Positions 1-12,611 of a stretch of 64,000 nt of DNA are shown piece by piece. Each line of letters begins with the position of its first letter. Position 1 is the stretch's first letter. This DNA comes from Octopus vulgaris (Eukaryota). The notes beneath the pieces are model-generated. The model did not search any database and had not been told where the DNA came from. It saw nothing but the letters and a program-made list of their open reading frames with translations. The position numbers were made by a program, and so were the translations under genes. The stretch spans positions 50,034,001 to 50,098,000 of the forward strand of contig OX597831.1 of assembly GCA_951406725.2 (NCBI GenBank), in the 5' to 3' direction.

Positions 1-283
1 TATATGGGAAATTACCACCTGTGTCATCTCTTGTGAAAGGTAGGAGAGTCCAGTTTGCTGGACATTGTTGTAGAGCTGAAAAAGAAGTAATTTCTACTCT
101 TCTCCTCTGGAAGCCATCTACTCGCAATACCAGAGGGCGCACACTCTCCGACCCTGACGTAATCTCCAGGGATACAGGCATCCAGCAACAGGACCTCCGT
201 AATGCTATGATAGACCGTGAAGTCTGGCGTAACATAGTAAATTCCATTGTCTCGACCACGGTCGAACAATGATGAATGATGAA
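1..283 (+). mobile_element. 3' end of an RTE-clade LINE (C-terminus of RT ORF plus short TGA-repeat tail)
   Basis: ORF 21-272 reads RRVQFAGHCCRAEKE...LLLWKP...RGR...DREVWR, the typical RTE C-terminal signature. It is followed directly by tgatgaatgatgaa. Confidence 0.8.
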
Positions 284-1956
284 TGCTTAGGTCACACACA
301 CGCATATATATATATATGTGTGTATATGCATATGTATATATGTATATATATATATATATATATATACAGAGAGAGAGAGAGAGAAGAGTGTGTGTATGTA
401 TGTGCGTATATGTGTATATGTGTGTATGTGAGTGTGCGCGCAGATATTAATAACAGACGTTGAGAACATAACACCACACGTGCTCTTAGTATGATTGGGC
501 AGTTTGACATGCACGGTCAAGGCTTCACACACGGCTGAATTAGCTTTCGATCTTGTGTGCTATTACTTACCACATCTCAGTCTCCTTAATGTTATGCATA
601 TCTAGATCTTTGTGGTTTTTCAATAATATTTGTACATGAATATCCATAGAATACCTAAGTGTTTTGGAATCCTGGTTCTATGTTCACCTTTCCACCTCCG
701 CCGTGAATATCTCATCGTTCTAAATAAGAGTGTGAAAGAAAAGACAAAGGGTTAGGCGGGTCCTCAGGTGTGTCGTTTTACATAATTGTAAAAAACCGCA
801 TCTTCTTACTAGAATTAGCTAGTTGCCTATTACCTTACTTGAACCTTCTCACTGTATCGCCATCTATATTGCATCTCACCTCTACTCCCCCCCGCCCCAC
901 ACAAAACTAACCACTTTGCAAACTTCTACCTTCGCCAAATGGATTCCTTCTTTGATTCGCCTCTCTATAATAATGATGTAGTCGTCGACGTAGGTATCTA
1001 ATCAACTGCCACAGGTCACGGAAAACGTCTGAAAGTAAATCAACATACAACATCTTCCAACAAAACAAAAAGTATCGTTAAGCAAATTCGATTCTTTTTT
1101 CTTAATTGGGTAAAATAGAACAAATACGGGGTTTAGAAAAATGTGTGAACATAGAACTCAATCATTTAAACTACAGAAAATAGATAAGATCGTCATAGGT
1201 CGCTTCTAAACACTGTGTGTCTCAAGAGATATAGCTGAAGAACGTCGGAAAATGGAGGTAAACATGTTTCAAGATTATGTTGACTTTTTAAATCATATAG
1301 TTTTCGTCCAGTACTTTTTTTTAGCAATTATGCTTTAATACAATTCTTTGCTATTTTCTTCATTTCTTCATTCATTCTCTCCATCTTTCTTTATTTCTCT
1401 GTTTGAAATTGTTTCCAATCTCCTGCCAAGTTTGTAGTATTCTCTGCAATTTTTTCTATGAGCCGCTTCATTTTTTTGTCATATTTCTTTCCTCTGCACC
1501 AGATTGACTGACTATTCCCTTTTTTTTATAGCTTAGATATTTCTTTTTCAATTCAAATGTGTGGGTGAGAAGATTGTCATTTTCGTGCATCAATACTATA
1601 TTTCATGAAGCGGAAATAGATGACACATGAATTGACGTCTTGAAATATTTTCCAAATGCAAGTGTGTACTGTGACTTTCATACATTAATCAAGAGTATTA
1701 GAGGCGTGACTGAAAACAAATGGCTTTCGAAAAATAGATTTAGAATGTGCAATGTCAACATCTCTCCTAATTTAACCCTATCGCACAAGTTACTTGACAG
1801 AGCTTGAACAATTTTGGGGCAATTGATAGTAAGAATACTCACAGCGTGTGTATCACTTGAAGTATTAATGTTAGTAGTGCACTGCTTTTCTTTTCTCCGG
1901 GCTCAATGTGATGAAATACAAATCAGTACTCTGGGAGTTTGAATCTCTTCAAAACT

Positions 1957-2132
1957 CAGTTCTATATTTAAGAGATGAGGAATAATGTATATTATTTACT
2001 TTATTTACATTTGACGTATATTTATCCTCATCTTGTTTGTTGTTAACGTTTCGGTTGATATACCCTCCAACATTCATCAGGTGTCTTGGGTAAATTCCGA
2101 ACCTGGGTTCTCATTATTAAGGTATTTTTCAA

Positions 2133-2201
<69 letters not shown>

Positions 2202-2293
2202 CATCATCATCATCATTATTCAGGTCACTGCCTCGAATCGAACTCGGAATCTTCGGGTTACTAGCTCGCGCTCTTAAACACTACGCCATGTGC
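1957..2293 (-). mobile_element. tRNA-headed SINE-like element: tRNA-like head, (AAT)n linker, tail with hammerhead motif
   Basis: Minus strand 2293-2220 is tRNA-like (A-box TGGCGTAGTG, B-box GTTCGATTC), followed by (AAT)n at 2219-2134. The tail 2133-1957 recurs at 16820-16958 and contains CTGATGA...GAAACGTT. Confidence 0.7.
2045..2085 (-). ncRNA. Minimal hammerhead ribozyme motif, degenerate copy (family A)
   Basis: Reverse complement gacac-CTGATGA-a-tgttgg agggtatat caacc-GAAA-CG-TT. The 3' strand of stem I is lost through a 5-nt deletion relative to the 16864 copy. Confidence 0.6.
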
Positions 2294-2321
2294 TCTTCAA
2301 AATTGTTAAATCAGAAACCAT

Positions 2322-2362
<41 letters not shown>

Positions 2363-2413
2363 ATACTACTACTACTACTACTAATAATAATAATAATAAT
2401 AATAATACTGACG

Positions 2414-2588
2414 CGGCGAGTAGCAGGATCATTAACACAATTGATGAAATGCCTAGCGGAATTTCGCTCATCGTTACCATCTGAGTTCAAATTCTGTCGA
2501 GGTCGTCTTTGCCTTTCATCTTCCGGGGTCGATAAAGTAAATGCCAGTCAACTACTGGGGGTAATGTGATCGACTTCTCCCTCTCCCA
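2414..2588 (+). mobile_element. tRNA-derived SINE with Meta-like central domain
   Basis: gagttcaaattc B-box followed by gcctttcatcttccggggtcgataaa. Many copies in the window. Confidence 0.8.
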
Positions 2589-2763
2589 AGATGCACATAT
2601 CGTCAGCCACTAAGGAACATTCTCAAAGAGTTAAGGTCAAGCAAGTGTTATGCAAATCTGTGGTATTGAGCAGAATATTTGCTGTAGCCCAACATTTGTA
2701 CCAAGACAAAATACTTTTCATGGTAACACTTCAAATCAGTTAAGATCAGAAGCCATGAGAGGC
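2589..2763 (-). mobile_element. Fragment of a TAA-flanked repeat (same family as 51263-51720)
   Basis: 2589-2690 is the reverse complement of about 51263-51364. It abuts (TAA)n. Confidence 0.75.
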
Positions 2764-2787
2764 ATTATTATTATTATTATTATTTTT

Positions 2788-2960
2788 ATTCTTCTTTCAA
2801 ATTTGCTTCCATTTCTTGCCGAGTGTCTTCCCGACTCCTAGGACAAAGGAACTCATAGTATACGTTGGTAGGTCATTAAACCAAACTCAGTAGTTCGTTC
2901 ATTTTTTTTTTTTAAAGTTAAATTAAAATACATGAGCAGTAACATTTCTCACATCGACAA
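2788..2960 (-). mobile_element. 3' UTR of an R4/Dong-like LINE
   Basis: Near-identical reverse complement of 51058-51228, which follows ...LRRALSM*. Flanked by (TAA)n. Confidence 0.75.
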
Positions 2961-2972
2961 TTATTATTATTA

Positions 2973-3037
<65 letters not shown>

Positions 3038-3039
3038 TT

Positions 3040-4030
3040 ATTGTCTTTGCACAGCTTCTAACGCTGGAGATGTACTATGGTATCAGCTGTTCACTACCAG
3101 TGAATTCAGGTAACAACCTTTATGTTTCGAGCATCATCCGGAGTAATCGATCGGTTCGAAGCAGTGCTGTTTTCTGCAAGTGCTCCACCATTAATGCAGC
3201 CCCTATTTGTTCCATGTACTTTTCAAGATTTTTACTCACTGTTCCCAGGGCTCCGACAATTATTGGTGCTACTACCACCTTTTTCAGCGAATACAACTGC
3301 TTAACCTCCCAAGCTAACCTGTCATATCTGTCGACTTTTCTTTCTTCCTTGTCACATGCCTTGTTGTCAGCTGGGCATGCTATATCTATGATCATTGCTA
3401 TGTTGTGATGGCGTCTCTTATATACTTTCTGGGTTAGTGGCGTACATCGACTGGTAATATGCCATGCGGTTTTACCATTTGGTCCACAAATTCTGCACTT
3501 GTAATTTCTGATGTGTTGTCAATTCTGTGTTTGATCTAATTGGTTCTTACTGCTTGCTATGGGCAGCACAGAATACAGCCTCCCTTTCCGGTTTTAAATC
3601 ACTTTTAGTCATCCATAGCCATATTTTTTCTCTGCTTGTCTTATCTTCAACAGCCATATGAAATTTTCCATACTTCCTTGCTGTATTTACTATTTTCAGT
3701 TTCCTTCATTCTCAAGGTCTTGTATAGTGTTTTATCTTTGCAATCTTCCATCCTAGTCAAACCTAGCCGTCTTAATTCCAATAGTAGCAGTTCTGTGGCA
3801 TTTTTACATACCATACTATGATTTTTTCTCCTCTTATGCTGTGTTCACATCCAATCAGTCCACTTCCTCCTCTTTTTCTTTCAACATACAGTCTGTCTGT
3901 GTCACTTTTTGGGTGGAGTATCCCATATCTAGTCAGCAGCTTCCTTGTCTTTCTGTCCATGCGATTATCCCTGCTCCATATCTAAGTAGTATTGATAGCT
4001 TTAATCTCATTCTGTCCGTTTTATCCCGCT
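3040..4030 (-). mobile_element. R4/Dong-clade non-LTR retrotransposon, truncated and internally deleted
   Basis: Peptides DRKTRKLLT..GILHPKSDTDRLYV.RK.GG.GL (RT thumb) and IIDIACPAD....KE..KVDRY..LAWEV...PIIVGALG...LQKTALL (restriction-like endonuclease). The 3' end runs into (TAA)n. Confidence 0.85.
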
Positions 4031-4057
4031 TGATTTATTATTATTGTTATCATTATT

Positions 4058-4162
4058 TTTTCCTTCTTTCTTCAAATTTTCATCCGTTTCTCGCGGAGTG
4101 TTTTCTGTACACCTAGGGCAGAGAAGCTCATTGTATGCATTCCCAGATTACACACGCAATTA
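4058..4162 (-). mobile_element. 3' terminal fragment of a related R4/Dong-like LINE
   Basis: Similar to 2788-2870 (ttcaaattt...gagtgt...cctaggg...ctcat) and lies between TAA repeats. Confidence 0.55.
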
Positions 4163-4165
4163 ATC

Positions 4166-4227
<62 letters not shown>

Positions 4228-4266
4228 GTTGTTGTTGTTGTTTTTGTTGTTATTGTTATTATTATT

Positions 4267-4313
<47 letters not shown>

Positions 4314-4722
4314 GAAAGATACTGATGATGATAATAATGATGATGATGATGATGATTATAATTATATTAATGATATTTTACACATAATCACCATCTGTAG
4401 CTATAATTACCGTTATTGTTACTGTTTAGGAAAGCTAGTTACTTTCTTATCAAAGAGGTTGAACTTGTGATGCTTATTAAGTTATTATTCTTTTTATTTC
4501 GATAAAAGGTTTTTACATTCATATTTTTTTCTCAATTAGAAAAAATGGAAAAGAAGAACGAGAAAAGTTTTCGTTGCTTTTAGCAACTCGTAAGCTAACA
4601 TGGAAGGAGTGAAACACAATTTTAATGCAAGCAAGAAATAATTGGATACTTCATTGAAATAGCTCGTGTACATAGCATTCTAGATATATGCTTACGTATA
4701 CTCTGAAACGCACGTACTCTCA

Positions 4723-4765
<43 letters not shown>

Positions 4766-4900
4766 GCACATAACCACACGCATGCCCGTGTCCTCGCACA
4801 CTACCATACATATTGCTGTATCTCGGGAGGGTCATTATGTCAATAATGCAACAATGCCAACCAGATCCCAAAACGAAATACATACATACATGCATACATA

Positions 4901-5004
<104 letters not shown>

Positions 5005-5005
5005 A

Positions 5006-5056
<51 letters not shown>

Positions 5057-6088
5057 TCGATATCTATAAATCTATATGTGTTTATGGATATCTGTATATC
5101 TATACGCACGCACGCACACACGCACACACACGCAGACACACATACGTACACACACACACACATATGTGGATAAGATTTGTACACAAAAGTTAGCTCTAGT
5201 ATATGTAATACGTGAACATGTGCAAAGAAACATCTTGTTTGGAAACCAATCCTTATTGTATTGCAGTGGAAAGAGATATTGATTTTTATCTCAAAAATGT
5301 ATAGTAGATAGAACGAACGCCTGTAAACATCAGCGACTTCTCTAAGAAACCCGGATGAGTGGCAAAATCGACACTGGTTTAAATAAACAACTTTTCCTTT
5401 CACTAACACGTACTCCTCTTAAAATAAATGCTGAACTCTTTCTGGTAAACAAGAAAAGTTCTCGTATTCTAAGATATGGGGAAATGAGTCTGGAGAAGGT
5501 AACTTACTGACACCCAAACAAACGAAGGAAGATGGGGCATTTCAGGTCCTTAACTGCTCATCTGAAAGAAGAAATCCCGCATTTTCATATATACTGGGCT
5601 CGTGCCACTGGTTGCGCCATACCAATACAGGTTAGAAGGACAAGAAAAGGTGACTGGCTCTACAGAGACCATGTTCCCTGTCATAATTTTCATTATGCAT
5701 GATGTACATGAAACCGAAATGCACGTAGTAACAGAATCACACCCAAAGAAGAAAATACTGCGTTATCTTGCTGAGTAAATATCATTCGAAACGATGAGGG
5801 AGTAAACAATGTCGAGGAAATGGAGGTCTTTTTAGATTTATGTCTTTCCTATTAGCATAGAGAAGTAAAACACGTTCGTGCAAACTGTAGAACGTGACTA
5901 GATTCTGTCATACTGGAGAGTTCCTTTAATTCACAAGTTCTTAGTATTTTATCTCGAAGATTATAGCGGCTTGCAGCTAGAATCATTAACAGGCCCGAGA
6001 AAATGGTTCATGGCATGTTGACCGTCCTTATGTGCAGGGTGCAAAATCCGATTGGTCGACATTGCCTTTCATTATTTCAAGGTCGATA

Positions 6089-6432
6089 AGGCGGTGAGCT
6101 GGCAGAATCGATAACACACCGGATGAAATGCTTAGCGGTATTTCGTCCTCCACTACTTTCTGAGTTCAAATTCCACCGAGGTCGACTTTGCCTTTCATCC
6201 TTTCGGGGTCGATAAATTAAGTACCAGTGAAACACTGGGGTCGATACAATCGACTCATCTCAGTACCAGTTAAATACTGTGGTCGATGTAATCTACTAAT
6301 CCTCTATCACAAATTTCAGACTATAGGATAAAGGATTATTTCACGGTCGATGATATAACAAGAAACCGTTTGAGTATGGGGGTTGATGTAATGGAATAGA
6401 AACTTGCCCCCAAATGCCAGGATTTGTGCCTA
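6089..6432 (+). mobile_element. Meta-domain tRNA SINE with reiterated tail segments
   Basis: ggcggtgagctggcagaatcg head, gagttcaaattcc B-box and gcctttcatcctttcggggtcgataaattaagtaccag core. The tail segment is repeated in degenerate form. Confidence 0.85.
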
Positions 6433-6829
6433 TCGTAGACAGGTTGATCTAGAAGACGTATTTGCAGGGTCATTCGAGCGTCGGATAGTATGCTTTGCGA
6501 TATTTCTGTCCGTAATTAAAACTCCTCTGGCGTCAACTTCCTTTACGTGTTTCGCAATCAATTTGCAAACAAATGTAACTTGCAGCCATGTGATTTCGGT
6601 TCAGTCTTCTTGCACAGCAATATGCAATGTTTGTGTGTGTGTGTGCGTGTATCTGTTTGTGTGTTTGTATTTGTGTGTTTGTGTGTGCGTTTGTGTGTGC
6701 GTTCGTCGTGTATGCGTGTGCATGCACGTGTGTGCGTGTGTGTATATATACACATAAATACATATAGTTTTATCATTTTATGTGGCCATACTGGGGCACC
6801 GCCAGTGTTATCACATTTTTAATAGTCAC

Positions 6830-7320
6830 ACTTTCGCCAAAACAGTGCCACCATTTTGGAGACATGTACGTGACACGAGACGTTGTTCCTCATATGAATA
6901 CCCAGGTCACACGATAGCCGCCCCTTCTGGCTCAAAGTATCACTGTTGCGCGTGAGAGCACAAGCGGGTCGGAAGTAGAGCGCTTAGAATTTTCCTGCAT
7001 TAAATGGCATATTATTTTCTTCAGCTCATTTGTATATGGCACCTAGGTATTTATACGGAAGTTTACCATCGAAAAGCTCCTTCGCTACTTCTGCTACTTT
7101 TGTGTTATGGACATAGCTATTGAGTGTGGCTACCTGCGAAATTGATAGCATTCCATAAAGAACTACCATAAACAGCAGCAGTCCGAAAACAGAGGCCTGA
7201 GGTACTCAACACGCTGTTCCTGTCTCCTTTGAGATGGCTTCACTCGCTGTCACAGTCTGTATTTACAAAGGATATGCAACACCACACCCCACTTTTCCAA
7301 CAACACTGAGTCCCTGGAGC
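6830..7320 (-). mobile_element. Decayed CR1-like LINE reverse transcriptase fragment
   Basis: Manual minus-strand translation gives KLQGLSVVGKVG..., VPQASVFGLLLF...TLNSYVHNTKV (degenerate GVPQGSVLGPLLF and YADDTK) and NNMPFNAGKF. Confidence 0.75.
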
Positions 7321-7519
7321 TTATAACATATCAATTTCAAACAAATACACGCAGGCAAGCAGGCGCGCACACACATACACAGGTTCATGTCAGATAGGTT
7401 TTTTTATTAACTATACCTTTATTCTTTTTATGCTCTCCAACGCCGTTGACTGTTTACTAATACATGACGCTATTCCTGAAAAAGGAGACACAAAATCTTC
7501 AAATTTATCCCGAACACCC

Positions 7520-7585
<66 letters not shown>

Positions 7586-9428
7586 TATATGTGTTTATGT
7601 ATGTGTATGTGCGTATGAGTGTTTGATACCGTACCACCTAAATACCGATTGTAGTTTGTGTATAATCCCCCGTAACCTAGCGGTAGATTAAAACTAAACT
7701 GTAGTAAAATTTACCAAACTTAAAAATAAGAACCATACGAGACAGTGCTCCAGTATGGCTGTGATCCAATGACAGAAAAAAGTAAATGAATGGAAGAGTA
7801 ATCTTGATAAACTGCGCTACAGATCATTTTAAAAGTATATCGATTTCACTGACGAAGTTAATTTAGGTGAAAGAATGTCAAACTTAATTTAAATGATATC
7901 GATTTTGTGTGTTTTTTTTACAAGTTTCTTTATTTCTGAAGCAATGAAAAGCAAAGTTAATCATTATATATAATCGTTGAAACGTCGGCAAAGTTCCCCT
8001 ATGGTAATTAATGGTGGTTCTATTCATATAGAGTTCAAATTCCTCCGAGGTCAATTTTGTCATTCGTCCATTCGAGGTCGATAAAATAAATTCCAATTGA
8101 GGCCTGAGGTCAAACTATTCGACTTGCCGCCTCAAATATAAATTGTTGGCCTTGGGCTTAAATTCGAAAGAATAAGAAGGTGAGACTAAAAAATTAAGAA
8201 GACAGTCATTATATTCTTCGGCCAAATTCTCATGAACTTTATAAATCTCTATTAGAAATGGAAAGTCACAGTTGAAAAGAAGTTCCAGCCCTTCCTTCAG
8301 TAAATGCGACGAAAGCTAGGTAACTGTAACGAGGATGGTGCGAGTGAATGGGCTTAACTATGCAAGCCCCTTTTTGTTTATAACTACGGACGAAAGACAA
8401 TCACAATTCGTGCAGCCGTTTCCGCGTGAAAAGTAAACACAGAGGTCTATTTTATATAGTAAGGAATATATGAGTATGTGAATGTGTGTGTCTGTAAATA
8501 ACTCTGCACGCACGCGCACACACACACGCACACATACACACACACACAGACACACACACACACACACACAAGCACACATACACACACACACAAGCACACA
8601 TACACACATACACACACACAAGCACACATACACACATAGGCAATTTTCATCATAGAATACCTTTCCGAACTTTCGGAGTAGCACGCTTGCAAACGTTGGA
8701 CTTTCTACAGTTTGACGAGAATGTTTCAAATTTTTCTTAACACATCTTTGCAAATACTGAGGGAAAATAGAAAGAATTTTTGAAGGTTTATGAATCCCAT
8801 TTCCACCCAACTTCCAGACCAATTTGTACAATTTTCTTTCGTATTACACACTTAAAAACAATGGGAGACGCCATTTTGGTCAATTCTTGTTATCTACGCA
8901 CTTAAAAATGATAGCAGAATCCTTTTCAGTTAAAAAGAAAATTTGTTGGGAAATAATTCTTTCGATCACCATTACTATCCTGATTTCGATCACCATTAAA
9001 ATCAGAAAATGAAACGTAATTTTGAAAAAAGATAGTGAATATAATTTTATAATATTTTCGTTAACTCGCATATATACAATATATATAGAGAAAATGATAA
9101 AGTGTGTGGTAAATATTTATAGAAATGGGAAGGCGTAAAAGAGAGAGAGAGAGAGAGTCTGATGTTGATACAGAGTAAGAGTTTTGCGGATCTATATATT
9201 TCTCATAAATCAATGACATTTAAAAAATAAATTATTTACGGACAACTTTCTCTTCAGGACGCAGATTTCGAAAATCCAAAGTTCATTTTTTTACCAGAAT
9301 TTAACATTTCAGAGCTTTTCAGGGCAAAAAACAAACATAATCACATATACTCTCATTTACATAGTATATATATATATACATATGTGTGTGTGTGTATGTA
9401 TAGATGTACATGTGTGTGTGTGTGTGTA

Positions 9429-10939
9429 CACTGAACCCCAATAGAAACACGATTTTTCAAATGTCATTTTCATATGGTAAATTCTGAAAATTATTTCGGG
9501 AATGTAAGTATAAGTATTCCAAGACATGCTGGTTTTTGGCTGAGACCCAAATTGCAAGTAATCTTTCAACTTACCCTGAAACGAGACGTCAAAACGCAGC
9601 TGCGTTGAATGCCGCGGGTAGCAATCGTGAATAATTGTCATGAAAACTGAAATGCACGTGCATCTCGTGGAGGTTATGGGTATAAAAATCAATTTTCAAC
9701 CGCGTTCCTGTTATCCATAATTTCGACGCATTAGGTATGACCCGATTGTCAGCAGCGCACAAAGAACAAGCTATCGGCCGATTGCAAGCAGGGCAGCGTA
9801 CCCTAGTTGCTGCGAAAGCTTACAATGTACATGTCAGCACCATCTGTCGCCTGCAACAGCGATAGAGCAATACCAACTGCATTGCAGACTGTGCCCTCAG
9901 AGGGTGCCCCCTACGGGTGACCACGCCTAGGCGGGAGCGCTTCATCCACCTGCAACACCTCCGTGATCGCTTCAGACCGGTCAACGTGACAGCTCGCGAC
10001 ACCATTGGCACTGGACAGCCACTCATCAGCGACGACACGGTACGATGTTGACAGGCCGTCAACAACCTGCGTTGCCGTCGTCCTGTTGGAGGCCCTGTCC
10101 TCACCGCCCGTCACCGTCAGGCATGACTAAACTACGCTACACTGCACCGACGGTGGTGGCATCAACAATGGCAGTCGATAGTCTTCACTGACGAGAGCCG
10201 GTACTGCGTTTCCACCTCGGATAGCATAGTGAGGGTGTGACGTAGGAGGGGTATAGGCTACAGAGAGGCATGTGTCAGGGAGAAAGACGCGTGGGTTGGT
10301 CAGAGCATCATGGTCTGGGGTGCTATAGGCCTGAATCAGTGAATCGGGCTCCATGTGTTCCAAAATTTGGTGCAGTCAGAGGAAATGGTATCATAACGCA
10401 GCGCTACAATGATCATATACTAATATCTCACATCACGACCGTCTTCACGCTTCACCATAGCTACGTGTTCCTGCAGGAAAATGCTCCCACACACACAGCC
10501 AGGGTCACCATAGAATTACTGCGTCAGCACAACATCAGAATCATGCCGCGGTCGGCCCTCAGCCCGGATACGAACCCAATTGAACACCTGTGGGATTAAA
10601 TCCAGAGACGGCTCAACCAGGTGGTCCCAAGACTGACAACTCGCGTGGAACTGGAAGCAGCTTTCCTCAGGCTGTGAGCACGTTGACTCCATCTACCGAC
10701 TTTGTATGGCCGTTTTGAGCACCCAGGGAGCGCATACACGGTATTGAACATGTCAAGCCGTACAATCTCGATATGCTTCATCCGCCCACTGCCAGAACAC
10801 ATGACAATGACCCATAGACTGTGCTGAAAGAGCATCCAAGAAATTGACTATCAGATTTATCGAAATTCATGTCTGACATAATGAAATAAAAACATATTTC
10901 ACAGTCACATACACTTTGCTTTTCTTTTGTGCGGTTCAA

Positions 10940-10941
<2 letters not shown>
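9429..10941 (+). mobile_element. Tc1-like (DD34E) DNA transposon with pseudogenised transposase (9737-10747)
   Basis: Imperfect TIRs cactgaacccca / gcggttcaatg, with TA on the left. Peptides MTRLS...AIGRLQAG, VFTDESR, FLQENAPTHTARVT, SPDTNPIEHLWD and GAHTRY*, with several stops and frameshifts. Confidence 0.9.
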
Positions 10942-10970
<29 letters not shown>

Positions 10971-10974
10971 CAAA

Positions 10975-11030
10975 ACAGACACACAGACAGACAAGCAGAC
11001 ACAGGCAGACAGACAGATAGATAGTCAGAC

Positions 11031-11092
<62 letters not shown>

Positions 11093-11093
11093 C

Positions 11094-11178
<85 letters not shown>

Positions 11179-11180
11179 GA
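10975..11180. repeat. (GATA)n/(GACA)n tetranucleotide microsatellite
   Basis: Seen directly. Similar tracts at 5007-5045, 44588-44675 and 63240-63337. Confidence 0.95.
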
Positions 11181-11480
11181 GACGTGTAGTTTTATTACAA
11201 CTCCCTTCGGATGTGTAAGAGTCTTACTTCATATTCAAACCGATATTATATGTTGTTTACTTGAATGAATTGTGTTTGTGTATGTTAAATGAAAAGGGGT
11301 GATTCCGTTCATCAATTTAAAATATAAAGTTTTGAATTATCTATAAAAATCCAACATTATACTTATCGGTTTTAACTAAAGAGATTAAAAATGTTTTCTC
11401 TATATTTAGCTAAACATACATACATACACACATGCATGCATCCATTCATACATACATACCTACATACATACATACATACA

Positions 11481-11511
<31 letters not shown>

Positions 11512-11792
11512 GTGTATGTGTGCACGTGTGTTTGTTTCTATGTATGTATTTATGTTTGTATATGTTTACGTTATGTTTATGTGAAAAAACAAAACGTATT
11601 CACCATTATCTCATATTTTCATGTAGATTTGCTGATATATTTCCATCCATACACCTTGTTCAAATTGTTTACTAAATTTGACTCAATGTATATTTGTGTA
11701 TATATTTTTTGTGTATCTCTGTGTACAATCAGCATACACACATTTGTATGTGCACAATGTTTCTCACCCTATACGCGTTGTTTGTCTGTGAT

Positions 11793-11921
<129 letters not shown>

Positions 11922-12611
11922 CACACTATTTGTATGCATTCGTGTATAGAAAATATGGCCATATTTCTGTAAACACAATTTCCATTTCAGTACATATATT
12001 TATTTATGTTTGTGTGTCCAAATATATCTATACTTATGTCTAATTTATTTGTGTTTAGGCACTTTGCCCATGTTTGCCATATTCATGTATGTATGATTCA
12101 TCTCTATTTCTGTATACACTCGTTAATACACACTTTGTCAGCGTATATATAATTACCATACTTGTATACATAGAATTTGCTGTCTATTTGTATACAATGT
12201 CATAGCTAACTAATTGAATTTCCTTTAGTTCTTACATAACATGACGGTCTCGTTAACCGTCAGTAAACAAGTATTTCGTTTTGTTTTTGTTTTCGAATTT
12301 CTTAGGCGAACTTTACCTTGTCATCTCTTTTAAGCAATTAGTTAATATGTTCGCTGTAGGCGAATATTGATTTTAAAAAATATGAAAGATATTTAAATGT
12401 TAGCAGTGAAGTAGAAAAACATTAACGGATTTATTACTTATTTAGAAAAGTAACCGTGCATAGTCGTTTGTGCATCAGATAAAAAGCTTTAGCGGGATTT
12501 TTCCGAGTTCTGTACGACCAGTGTTCAAGTTCTACCGGGATCAACATTGTCACAAAATCGCTGGTCTCGTGCCACAAAAAGAAATTCTTTTTTCTTCAAA
12601 ATAATAATGTA

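Noticed and set aside
1040-1700. Very old mariner-like remnant
   Set aside because: Only faint motif resemblance, with no TIRs or continuous peptide.
7849-7883. CTGACGA...GAAA...GTC hammerhead-like string
   Set aside because: No convincing stem I or II, and single copy.
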